Assembly (NCBI GenBank): GCA_964547985.1
Contig: CAZJPV010000005.1
Span: 7,755-71,754 of the forward strand
DNA: 64,000 bases
Origin: an uncultured Syntrophaceae bacterium
Lineage (GTDB): Bacteria; Desulfobacterota; Syntrophia; Syntrophales; UBA2192
Reading direction: 5' to 3'
Shown: positions 18,339 through 26,776 of the stretch, piece by piece
How positions within the stretch are numbered: position 1 is the first letter of the stretch
Layout: each line of letters opens with the position of its first letter
Program-made: the position numbers and the translations under genes
The notes under the pieces: model-generated
Seen by the model: the letters and a program-made list of their open reading frames with translations, nothing else
Databases searched by the model: none
Told to the model about the DNA's origin: nothing

Positions 18339-18552
18339 TAGTCATTCATGGAAAGGCAAAAAACCGTTTGGCCTCTTTCGTCTATAGGGTCTGTTTGGTC
18401 CATCCGGATTATTCAAGGGTGTTTAAATCCATCTCATTCTTTCCGGGTCTTTCCAGGAGAAGATTCCGGAATTCCGTGGAAGACTTCATTATCGATGTCT
18501 GAAGAGATGAAAAGAGATACATCCCCACCTATACGTCCCCCCGGGAACTGTC

Positions 18553-19023
18553 TTACCTGACGTTACTATCCGGAAGTTGCACCAGCACCACTTCGCCTTT
18601 CGCGCGGATCTCTCCCTCTGCAGATAAAGCAACACTGACAATCGCTTTTCGATTTGTTCTTTCTTTGACCCTTCCCCTCAGCTCCAGGACCTTTCCCGTC
18701 GGCGTTGGTTTTAGAAAATCGACCTTTAACGATACGGAAACGAAGCGGGAAACCGGTCGGTCATCCAGAGATAAGCCCTCGTCACGCAATTTAGCTGCCG
18801 CTGCAGTGGCAGAACTGTGACAATCTATCAATGAGGCGATAAGCCCCCCATAGATGGAGCCGGGAACACCACCCGTGCAGTAAAGCCCGGGTGTGTAATG
18901 ACAGACGCTTTCCTCACCATCCCAGTAGCTCTTAATGTGCAGTCCCTCCTGATTCAGACGGCCGCAACCGTAGCAATGTGCAAATGCATCTGGATAGTAA
19001 TCTTGAAAGGCTTTAACCTTCAT
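18553..19023 (-). CDS. PaaI/hotdog-fold thioesterase with an N-terminal Cys pair
   Basis: MKVKAFQDYYPDAFAHCYGCGRLN... plus GGVPGSIYGGLIASLIDCH is typical of the PaaI/thioesterase superfamily. The upstream 33 codons of the track ORF look non-coding. Confidence 0.75.
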   Translation of the reverse strand: MKVKAFQDYYPDAFAHCYGCGRLNQEGLHIKSYWDGEESVCHYTPGLYCTGGVPGSIYGGLIASLIDCHSSATAAAAKLRDEGLSLDDRPVSRFVSVSLKVDFLKPTPTGKVLELRGRVKERTNRKAIVSVALSAEGEIRAKGEVVLVQLPDSNVR

Positions 19024-19380
19024 ACTTGACTCCTTTTCCAGTGTGTGGCTTTTTTTACTCGAGAACCGGCGCCCGTGTCCGGACGCCCCGTGCATCATAG
19101 AGAATATCGGGCTTGCCATCAAGGTGTAATTGGGTCTGGGCGTATTATGGGGCCAGACTCAATCATTGCCAATTGATGGGTTTTCTCTCAGCCTCGTTCC
19201 ATGGCAAGGAAACCGAGAATCGCAACTGAAGGCACTCCATAACAGCATAGTCCGGATGTTAAGGCGGGGTCAAACTTGAATCTTGACAAAAACGATGGTA
19301 TTCTGGAATTCAATTATTCTAATGCCGGTATCGGCAGGGCGCGGCGAGTATAAGGTGGAAAATCTGTAGAGGATAAAGAT

Positions 19381-19911
19381 TTGGTCTCAACCATTCTGAC
19401 ACGGATGTTTCTCATCCGATCCTGGATCGAGCGGACGGTGGCCGCCCACCAGAAAGAGGCGAGACCCGTCGCCGAGGTCATCGAGGCCTGCGGCTTTCAA
19501 CGCCTGCCTGATTACTTCGGCGCGGCATTCCTTGACCGCGTCCAGTGCGTGTCAGTCGAACGGATCCCCTTGCCGCCGCTTACTTCCAGGGGGCTCAGGT
19601 CCCTCGGGGGCATCAGAACGGCAAGAAGGTTTTCCGGCATCACGTACGGCGACACGTACTTCGTCGATCGGAAACGCGAGCAGAGCGAATCCTTGCACTT
19701 CCACGAGCTGATCCACGCGGTGCAGTGGGATTGCCTCGGTTTTGAGAAGTTTCTCCGGGCCTATGGCGTGGGGCTGGTGCGAAACGGTTATGCCCGAAAC
19801 CCCCTCGAAATCATGGCTTACACCCACCAGCGCCGGTTCGAGACCGACCTCATTCCTTATCCCGCCGAGGCTGCAGTCCGTGCAGAGCTGGGATCGAAGT
19901 ACTCGAAATAG
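19381..19911 (+). CDS. Hypothetical protein with an HExxH motif (possible zincin-like)
   Basis: FHELIHAVQW is the only recognisable motif. The ORF has a TTG start and the true start is uncertain. Confidence 0.45.
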   Translation: MVSTILTRMFLIRSWIERTVAAHQKEARPVAEVIEACGFQRLPDYFGAAFLDRVQCVSVERIPLPPLTSRGLRSLGGIRTARRFSGITYGDTYFVDRKREQSESLHFHELIHAVQWDCLGFEKFLRAYGVGLVRNGYARNPLEIMAYTHQRRFETDLIPYPAEAAVRAELGSKYSK

Positions 19912-20010
19912 AATGAGGGAAATCTCGGAGGCCGGCTTTGCTCATTTGATATCAGAGAAGAAATTACAGGGGATCCTCTTGTAACCACACCCCGCAAATC
20001 CCCAGTGTTT

Positions 20011-20081
20011 CTCCACAGGGTAAACAATCCACCAATATCATTGACATCTTTGCTGTAATTTATTATCCATCAAACGCTGAT
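20011..20081 (+). repeat. Copy 1 of an imperfect direct repeat of about 70 bp with a promoter-like core (ATATCATTGACATCTT-N6-AATTTATTATC)
   Basis: Core 20035-20050 is identical to 21264-21279, and AATTTATTATC 20057-20067 is identical to 21286-21296. The flanks (AAACAAT, ATCA, CTGAT) are also shared. Confidence 0.75.
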
Positions 20082-20284
20082 TCTCACCTGCGTTTCAGTG
20101 TTACGAACGGGCAGAGAAAGCTGAAATATGTGAACCCCGTCAGCTTTTTACTCATCTCATGTATCAAAAATAGAAAGTTGCAGTTTGGGGCTAGGGTTTA
20201 AAACGATCCAGGTGTATCATCTACGGGCGATCGGAATATAAAAGGTGCTTAAAGCAATGGAAGGGAAAAGCCTGTTTGAAGAAA

Positions 20285-21118
20285 ATGATTAAGGCGGGAA
20301 AAAGCGTAAAGAACGAGCACTCCGTTGCCGGCGCAAAAGAGCCCCCGGAAATCTATTACGAGAAAGCCGAATACGCCCTTAAACTTTTAAAGGGTGATTG
20401 CATCGATATTTTGAATAACCATTTCGAAGAAAATACCTTCGACATGATTTTTGCCGACCCCCCTTATTTTCTCTCCAATGGGGGGGTAACCTGTCATGCC
20501 GGGAAAATGGTTTCTGTAGATAAAGGCGGCTGGGATAAATCTAAAGGCGTGGTGGAAAATCATAGATTCAATATTGAATGGTTAAAGGCATGCCGAAGAG
20601 TCCTGAAGCCGAATGGGACGATCTGGATATCCGGAACGACGCATGTTATTTATTCGATTGGTTTTGCGCTGCAGAGCCTGGGCTATAAGATATTGAATGA
20701 TATCGTGTGGTATAAACCAAATGCGTCACCGAACCTTTCCTGCAGGTATTTTACTCATTCCACAGAAATTGTTTTGTGGGCAACTAAAAGCGAAGAAAGT
20801 AAACATCATTTTGATTATCGATTAATGAAAGAGTTGAACAGGGGAAAGCAGATGAGGAACCTCTGGGAAATTCGTCCGCCGTCTGCTTCAGAAAAACATT
20901 TTGGCAAACACCCCACACAAAAACCGTTAGAGCTTTTGAAACGAATTATTCTTGCTTCAACTGAAGCAGGAAGTCTTGTTCTGGATCCATTTTGCGGGAG
21001 TTCGACAACCGGCGTTGCCTGTGCTTTATTGGGCAGGCGATATGTCGGGATTGATCTGGAAGAACGATATCTCGATTTATCAAGAAGAAGGCTTGAAGAG
21101 GTGAGAAACCAGCCGTAA
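20285..21118 (+). CDS. Beta-class DNA methyltransferase (N6-adenine or N4-cytosine), apparently orphan
   Basis: DPPY motif (MIFADPPYF) lies N-terminal and the AdoMet motif (VLDPFCGSSTTGVA) C-terminal. No adjacent endonuclease-like ORF was found. Confidence 0.9.
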   Translation: MIKAGKSVKNEHSVAGAKEPPEIYYEKAEYALKLLKGDCIDILNNHFEENTFDMIFADPPYFLSNGGVTCHAGKMVSVDKGGWDKSKGVVENHRFNIEWLKACRRVLKPNGTIWISGTTHVIYSIGFALQSLGYKILNDIVWYKPNASPNLSCRYFTHSTEIVLWATKSEESKHHFDYRLMKELNRGKQMRNLWEIRPPSASEKHFGKHPTQKPLELLKRIILASTEAGSLVLDPFCGSSTTGVACALLGRRYVGIDLEERYLDLSRRRLEEVRNQP

Positions 21119-21242
21119 TGATTTAATACCCAAGCATCTTGAATCTACCCAATTTATAGACCTCAGGCTTAGACCATTTGATATTTTAGAGAAGAAGGTC
21201 CAGAAAACCTTTCATAACCATTCACCGAATCTTCAGTTTTCC

Positions 21243-21310
21243 CCTCCAAGAAACAATTTATCTATATCATTGACATCTTAGCCACAATTTATTATCGATC
21301 AGTGTCTGAT
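21243..21310 (+). repeat. Copy 2 of the promoter-like direct repeat, immediately upstream of the CoA-transferase operon
   Basis: See copy 1. TTGACA sits at 21270-21275. Confidence 0.75.
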
Positions 21311-21351
21311 CAGGCAATAGTGCAATGAAAGTAAATGTGAGGTCGATACCT

Positions 21352-22206
21352 ATGAAAGAGAAACTAATGACGGCAATCGAAGCGGCGCGTTTCGTTGAAA
21401 ACGGGAGTCACCTGGGTGTCGGTGCCGGTATGGCGATGAACCCCATGCCCGTCGTGAGGGAGGTCATTAAAAGGGATGTCAGGGGACTTACACTGACCCC
21501 CGTCGTCACCGGGGGCTATGTGGCGGATCTTCTCATTGGTGCCGGATGCGTTGAGACGGTCCAGTTTCCCCAGATTGTCATGGATGAGTTCGGTCTTGCG
21601 CCCAAGTTCAGAAAAAAGGCGGAAAAGGGCGAGCTCAAGTACCTGGAAACCATGTGAGCCTCCCTCCTCCTCGGGCTCCAGGCTGGGGCCTACAATCTCC
21701 CCTTCATTCCCGTCCTTGGCCTTCTGGGGACGGACTACATGAAAATACGGCCTGACCTCAAGACAATGAAAGACCCCTATTCAGGCCATGAATACGTTGT
21801 GATTCCCCCGATTATTCCCGACGTGGCCATTATCCATGCCACAAAGGGAGACCGCTTCGGGGGTGTCACGACCTTCAGTATGCGAAATGACTTGCTCCTG
21901 GCCCGGGCCGCAAAGAAAACCATTGCCGTCATCGAGGAACTTCTCGAGCCGGATGAGGTCCTGCCGGCACGTAACGAGGTCTATATTGCCCCCGTTCATG
22001 TCGATGCCGTCGTGCTTGCACCGCGGGGCGCGCATCCCACGGGTTGTCCCGGAAAATACGACGTTGACGGGGCCCACATCAAAGCGTACATGGCGGCGGC
22101 AAAGGATGACAAGTCTTTCAGGCAATACCTGGACACCTATATCTACGGGCCGAAGGACCATAACGATTATCTCAAGAAAGTGGGGTTGGGAGATTATGGA
22201 AAATAA
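21352..22206 (+). CDS. Family-I CoA-transferase subunit A (glutaconate-CoA-transferase GctA-like) with an in-frame TGA at 21655-21657
   Basis: Track ORFs 21325..21657 and 21739..22206 are in the same frame, separated only by one TGA. Read-through gives ...GELKYLETM-x-ASLLLGLQAGAYNLPFIPVLGLLGTDYMKIRPDLK.... This stretch is contiguous with the recalled GctA pattern (LGLPFLPV; DAVVLAPxGAHP later). Confidence 0.7.
21673..21691 (+). promoter_or_regulatory. Hairpin downstream of the CoA-transferase TGA (weaker SECIS candidate)
   Basis: GGGCUCC AGGCU GGGGCCU: 7 pairs including two G-U, with loop AGGCU starting 22 nt after the TGA. Confidence 0.3.
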
Positions 22207-22933
22207 GGCGACGGATCCTGTCGTGAGAATGATAGTGGCCATTTCGAAGATTCTCAAGAATGGCGAGTGGGTTGCCGCGGGGACGCTCTCCCCGATTCCG
22301 GTGGCAGGCTGTATCCTGGCGAAACACACCCATGCGCCGGACATCACGTCCATTTTTTTCGGTGACCCGGCCGACCGAATGGGGGATGGCCTCTTTGAGC
22401 TCTTCGGGCTCGTCCAGAAGGGAAAGATTGACGTTTTCTTCCTTTCCGGGGCGCAGATCGATCAGCAGGGGAACATCAACCTGATCTGCATCGGGGATTA
22501 TATGAAGCCGAAGGTCAGGCTTCCAGGGGGCGCGGCCTCCAACATGCTCTACGCCATGAGCAGGCGGACCATTCTCTTCACCACCACCCACACCAGGAAT
22601 CTTTTCGTTCAAAAGGCCGATTTTGTGAACGCAACCGCCTTCGATGGCGCGGTCAAGACACCCTGGAGGCGTGGGGGGTTGAGCCATGTGGTCACTCCGC
22701 TTGGCATCATGAGGTTCGACACCCAGATAAATAAAATCGTCCTGGACTCCGTCTTTCCCGGCATCTCTGTTGACACCGCCGTGGAGAACACGGGATTCGA
22801 CCTGGGCATAGGAAAGAGAACCATCCCGACCATCGAGCCGGTGCGTGAGGAAGAATTGAGGATTCTCAAAGAGGTTGTGGCTAAAGAGATGAGGGCTATT
22901 TACCCTGTCTTTACTGAAAAGCTCTGGGGCTAA
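22196..22933 (+). CDS. Family-I CoA-transferase subunit B (GctB-like)
   Basis: MENKATDPVVRMIVAISKILKNGEWVAAGTLSPIPVAGC...GGAASN. It overlaps the end of subunit A by 11 nt. The first 120 codons of track ORF 21836..22933 are an out-of-frame shadow of subunit A. Confidence 0.85.
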   Translation: MENKATDPVVRMIVAISKILKNGEWVAAGTLSPIPVAGCILAKHTHAPDITSIFFGDPADRMGDGLFELFGLVQKGKIDVFFLSGAQIDQQGNINLICIGDYMKPKVRLPGGAASNMLYAMSRRTILFTTTHTRNLFVQKADFVNATAFDGAVKTPWRRGGLSHVVTPLGIMRFDTQINKIVLDSVFPGISVDTAVENTGFDLGIGKRTIPTIEPVREEELRILKEVVAKEMRAIYPVFTEKLWG

Positions 22934-22977
22934 GTCCTGTCGGCGACAAGGAAACGAGATGAGGGTCAGGAGGCATT

Positions 22978-24117
22978 ATGGATTTCAAATTAACGGAGGA
23001 GCAGGAACTCATCCGCAAGAATATGCGGGAGTTTGCCATGAAGCACGTCGATCCCATCGCGGCGGAGATCGATGAAAATGAGCGCCACCCCACGGAGGTT
23101 TTCGAGAAACTGGCTGAAGGGGGCTGGATGGGCATCCCCATCCCGCAGAAGTACGGCGGCGCCGGTTCGGATTTCCTGACGCACATCGTCGCCGTGGAAG
23201 AGCTCTGCAGGGTCTGCGCCTCCACGGGGCTGACCATGTCGTTCCAGTCCGGCATCCTGGGCACGCTGATCAAGGATTTCGGAACCGAAGCGCAGAGGCA
23301 AAAGTATGTGGTTCCCATAGCCCGCGGGCAGCACCTCGGGGCATTCTGTCTGACGGAGCCGGGCGCCGGCACCGACATGATGGCGGCGACGACCACCGCC
23401 GTCCGGGAGGGCGACCATTATGTCCTCAACGGCACGAAAACATACATCAGCAACGGCCCACTGGCGGACATGTACCTCGTCTTCTGCTGGACGGACAAAA
23501 AGGCGGGAAGAAAAGGGATGAGCGCGTTCATCGTCCCCAAAGGTAACCCGGGGCTCAAGCCGGGCGTGCATTTCAGGAAGATGGGTCTGAGGTCCTCCCA
23601 GACATCGGAGGTTTTCTTCAAGGACTGCCGCGTCCCCGCAGAAAGCCTGCTCGGGGAAGAGGGCAGGGGCATTGCCATGGCCATGACCGGGCTCGATCAC
23701 GCCAGGGTCGGCGCGGCCGCAGTGTGCGTCGGAATTCTTCAGGCGGCCCTCGATGAATCCATCAGGTATTCCAAAGAGAGGGTCCAGTTCGGCAGCCCCA
23801 TCTCGAAGCAACAGGCCATTGCCTGGATGATCGCCGACATGGCTACGGATTTAAATGCCGCAAGGTTTCTCACCTACCATGCCGCCTGGCTGAAGGACCA
23901 GAAAAAACCTTTCACCACCGAGTCCGCCATGGCCAAGCTCTTTGGCTCGGAAAAGGCCATGTATCATACCACCAAGGCGGTCCAGATCCACGGTGGGTAT
24001 GGTTATGTCAAGGGCGCGAAGGTGGAACGGCTGATGCGTGACGCCAAGGTCACCGAAATCTTTGACGGCACATCGGAAGCCCAGCGGATGGTGATCTCCT
24101 TTAATGTTCTCCGCTGA
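22978..24117 (+). CDS. Acyl-CoA dehydrogenase (short/medium-chain type)
   Basis: Full-length ACAD pattern (MDFKLTEEQELIR..., CLTEPGAGTD, GGYGY, RDAKVTEIFDGTSEAQR). Asp sits where the YEGT Glu is usually found. Confidence 0.92.
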   Translation: MDFKLTEEQELIRKNMREFAMKHVDPIAAEIDENERHPTEVFEKLAEGGWMGIPIPQKYGGAGSDFLTHIVAVEELCRVCASTGLTMSFQSGILGTLIKDFGTEAQRQKYVVPIARGQHLGAFCLTEPGAGTDMMAATTTAVREGDHYVLNGTKTYISNGPLADMYLVFCWTDKKAGRKGMSAFIVPKGNPGLKPGVHFRKMGLRSSQTSEVFFKDCRVPAESLLGEEGRGIAMAMTGLDHARVGAAAVCVGILQAALDESIRYSKERVQFGSPISKQQAIAWMIADMATDLNAARFLTYHAAWLKDQKKPFTTESAMAKLFGSEKAMYHTTKAVQIHGGYGYVKGAKVERLMRDAKVTEIFDGTSEAQRMVISFNVLR

Positions 24118-24490
24118 TCATCGACCTGCCGGGGTATTACAAAGTCAGGTTCGATCATTAACTAAAAAGGGGGCCGTCATGGTGGAAGACTGGCTGGCCA
24201 ATGCGGCGAATGCGCTTTGTGCCCGACCTGCCGGGGCTGCCGCGCAGTAGCTTACGCGCACAGCAAGGCCCGTGGCCGGGCGGACCTCTTCGCCGACGAC
24301 CCTCAGTGCTGGCGCATCACGGGGACAAAAGGATGACCTGCGGTGAAAAGAAAGGAAATATCTTATAGTTTGGAAGTCAGGACTTACGTTTACTAAAGCT
24401 GTCGAGAATGCTCAGGTATAGTCTAAGGTTTATTTCTGTTCTATCGGCATTCAACAGGTATATGGAACACAGGATAGAAGGAGGGAGTTC

Positions 24491-24958
24491 ATGTCACTAT
24501 TTGGAATCCAAATTACCCTGATGGTTCACGTCCTGTTCGGCGTGCTGGGGATCATGCTAGCGGTAGCTCTTCTCGTGTATGTCTTGAATGCGAACGAGAA
24601 GAACATCCCCAGGATCCGAAGGCTGAGCCTTTACACGGCTCTGTCCATAACCCTTTCCTATGTCATCGGCGGTTGGTGGTATGTGGCCCACTATTACCCC
24701 GAAAGGGACATCATCCGCGGCGGCGCATGGAAGTGGGCGCACACATTCTTCATGGAGTTCAAAGAGCACTTGTTTTTCTTACTGCTGTTCCTGAGCATTC
24801 TTCTGCCGATCATCGCTTACCGGAACGACTTGATGATCCCTGAAAACCGTCGGCTCATGCTCATCGTCACCTGGCTGATCATTCTCATCGGTCTTGTTAC
24901 GGACGGATCGGGAGCAATTATCAGCAGGGGTGTCATTGTAGGATATATGGGGAGGTAA
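24491..24958 (+). CDS. Polytopic membrane protein, hypothetical
   Basis: 155 aa with four hydrophobic helices. GGAGG precedes the ATG. Confidence 0.6.
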   Translation: MSLFGIQITLMVHVLFGVLGIMLAVALLVYVLNANEKNIPRIRRLSLYTALSITLSYVIGGWWYVAHYYPERDIIRGGAWKWAHTFFMEFKEHLFFLLLFLSILLPIIAYRNDLMIPENRRLMLIVTWLIILIGLVTDGSGAIISRGVIVGYMGR

Positions 24959-24963
24959 GGGCC

Positions 24964-25275
24964 ATGACGAACTCGAAACTGGATAAACCAACGATCGGTT
25001 TCGGCCTTTCCGTGGCCGTGGTGAGCATTCTCAATACGCTGCTGGTCATCTTCAAGGAACTGACGCCAACCTTCAAGAAGGCTATGGCCGATGCAACGGG
25101 GCATCACTGGACAACCCATGGAGTGATCGTCATCGGGCTGTTCATCGTGCTGGGCTTCGTCTTCTCCAGCATGGCCAAGCCCGAGTCCTGGGGTGCAGAC
25201 AAGCTGGGAAAAGCAATCCTCTGGTCCGTCATCATTGGGGGTGGCGCCCTTGCGGCCTTCTACATGCTTCACTGA
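24964..25275 (+). CDS. Small membrane protein, hypothetical
   Basis: 103 aa with three hydrophobic helices, lying 5 nt after the previous gene. Confidence 0.55.
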   Translation: MTNSKLDKPTIGFGLSVAVVSILNTLLVIFKELTPTFKKAMADATGHHWTTHGVIVIGLFIVLGFVFSSMAKPESWGADKLGKAILWSVIIGGGALAAFYMLH

Positions 25276-25863
25276 TCCGCAAGAAAAAGGCATGCCACTT
25301 CATTGAATGTCACCGATGCGACAGTTGCCGCTTCTTCGAACGAAGAGGTTGTCTATAAATGGCGGGAGGATTATGATGCTAAGGTTCATATTCTCGATCC
25401 TCGTCTCATCGATCATCACCACGCCTGTCGTCTTTGTCCCTGTGCCAATCATTACCAATCCTCAGGATGGTCCAATGATGAAATCGATCATCGCACGACC
25501 GGATAAATGAATAACCCGCTATAATCATCAAGCCTGAAATATGGTGTTAAAAATTATCTTTCCGATATCCCGGTCAATCGCTACCTGTAATTCTGAAAGG
25601 AGATTCAGGAGGTCGAAGTGTATACCTGCCCCATGCATCCCTGGCAAAACCCATCCTTTTCCTGACGGCCGTCTAAGGTATTTACACTGTTTTAATCAGT
25701 CTTTTTATGATTGTCATTTTTTTGCCAGCAGATAAATATAATAATTGAAAAAGCGGAATGAACCCGGAGGCGATTCGCAAACTCTTTGCGAGGCCGATTC
25801 ATGAGGCAGACCTCGAGGGTTTAGCCGGGGGAGTTGATTCGAATACCAGGGGAGGTTGATCTT

Positions 25864-26076
25864 ATGGCAAAAGCAAAAGAAGGAGATCTGTACCGGTGCG
25901 AGGAGTGTGGGATGGTTGTCTGTGTTGAAGACCCCTGCGGCTGCAGCACATGCGACTTGATCTGTTGTGACGTCCCGATGACAAGAAAAGCGGGCACTGC
26001 AAAAACCGCAAGAAAAAAGAAAGCTGCATTGAAAACAAGGGGTGCCACCAACAAGGCAAGGGCCGCCAGGAAATAG
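25864..26076 (+). CDS. Desulforedoxin-like small metal-binding protein with a basic K/A-rich tail
   Basis: MAKAKEGDLYRCEECGMVVCVEDPCGCSTCDLICCDVPM resembles the desulforedoxin pattern (YKCxxCG...LVCCGxxM). GGAGG lies 8 nt before ATG 25864. Confidence 0.6.
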   Translation: MAKAKEGDLYRCEECGMVVCVEDPCGCSTCDLICCDVPMTRKAGTAKTARKKKAALKTRGATNKARAARK

Positions 26077-26352
26077 GTGATCCCCGGATCGGGTATAGGG
26101 CGCGAACGAATAGATACCGACTCAACACGTACATGAGCAATAGGCGACCGCGATTGTCCGGCAAGGCCGTCAGGGGATCTGTTTGTCAACGAGCGGCATC
26201 TCAACTTTATGCAGACAGGCATTCAGGCCGCGAAATTTTAACTCCAAACAAGGGTCCTGGAGATGAGCAGATGAGCCCCCTGAAGAAGGCAACGCGGAAA
26301 GAAATTGCGGCTTGCGAGAAGTCGCCAAATTCCCTGATCGGAGAGTGCACTT

Positions 26353-26739
26353 ATGAATTGGCTCAAAAAGTACACGGACTATGCTTATGCCCTGTTGCGT
26401 ATGATAACGGGGTTCATGTTCACGTTCCACGGTGCCCAGAAAATTCTGAGGGTGCTGTCAGAATTCCAGCCACCGGTAGGGTCCCAGCTCTGGTTCGGCG
26501 GAATCATCGAACTCCTGTGCGGGCTGGCGGTGATGCTGGGATTTAAAACGCGCGAGGCGGCTTTCCTCTGCAGCGGCACGATGGCCGTGGCTTATTTTCA
26601 ATACCACTGGAAGTTCCAGATGGGACCCCAGTTCTTTCCGGCAATCAACAAAGGCGAATTGGCAGCTCTCTACAGTTTTGTTTTCCTCTACCTTGCCTGT
26701 CGGGGAGGGGTGAAATGGTGCCTGGACAAAATAGATTAA
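26353..26739 (+). CDS. DoxX-family membrane protein
   Basis: LLRMITGFMFTFHGAQKI plus four TM helices, typical of DoxX. Confidence 0.8.
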   Translation: MNWLKKYTDYAYALLRMITGFMFTFHGAQKILRVLSEFQPPVGSQLWFGGIIELLCGLAVMLGFKTREAAFLCSGTMAVAYFQYHWKFQMGPQFFPAINKGELAALYSFVFLYLACRGGVKWCLDKID

Positions 26740-26776
26740 TAACCTGAAAAACAATCTAGAAAAGGAGGAAGGAGCC

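Noticed and set aside
6384-21657. Possibility that TGA is a general sense codon in this organism (alternative genetic code)
   Set aside because: TGA terminates well-defined genes at conserved C-termini here. Examples are the ACAD gene (...NVLR-TGA, 24115-24117) and the cupin gene (15494-15496). Only three sites need read-through, and each has a downstream hairpin.
21836-22195. N-terminal 120 codons of track ORF 21836..22933
   Set aside because: This is an out-of-frame overlap with CoA-transferase subunit A. Recognisable GctB-like sequence begins at ATG 22196.
24121-24245. 13-nt direct repeat CGACCTGCCGGGG (about 24124 and about 24228) after the ACAD gene
   Set aside because: It is short and GC-rich, occurs only twice, and has no associated structure or ORF. 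It is likely chance or a minor local duplication.
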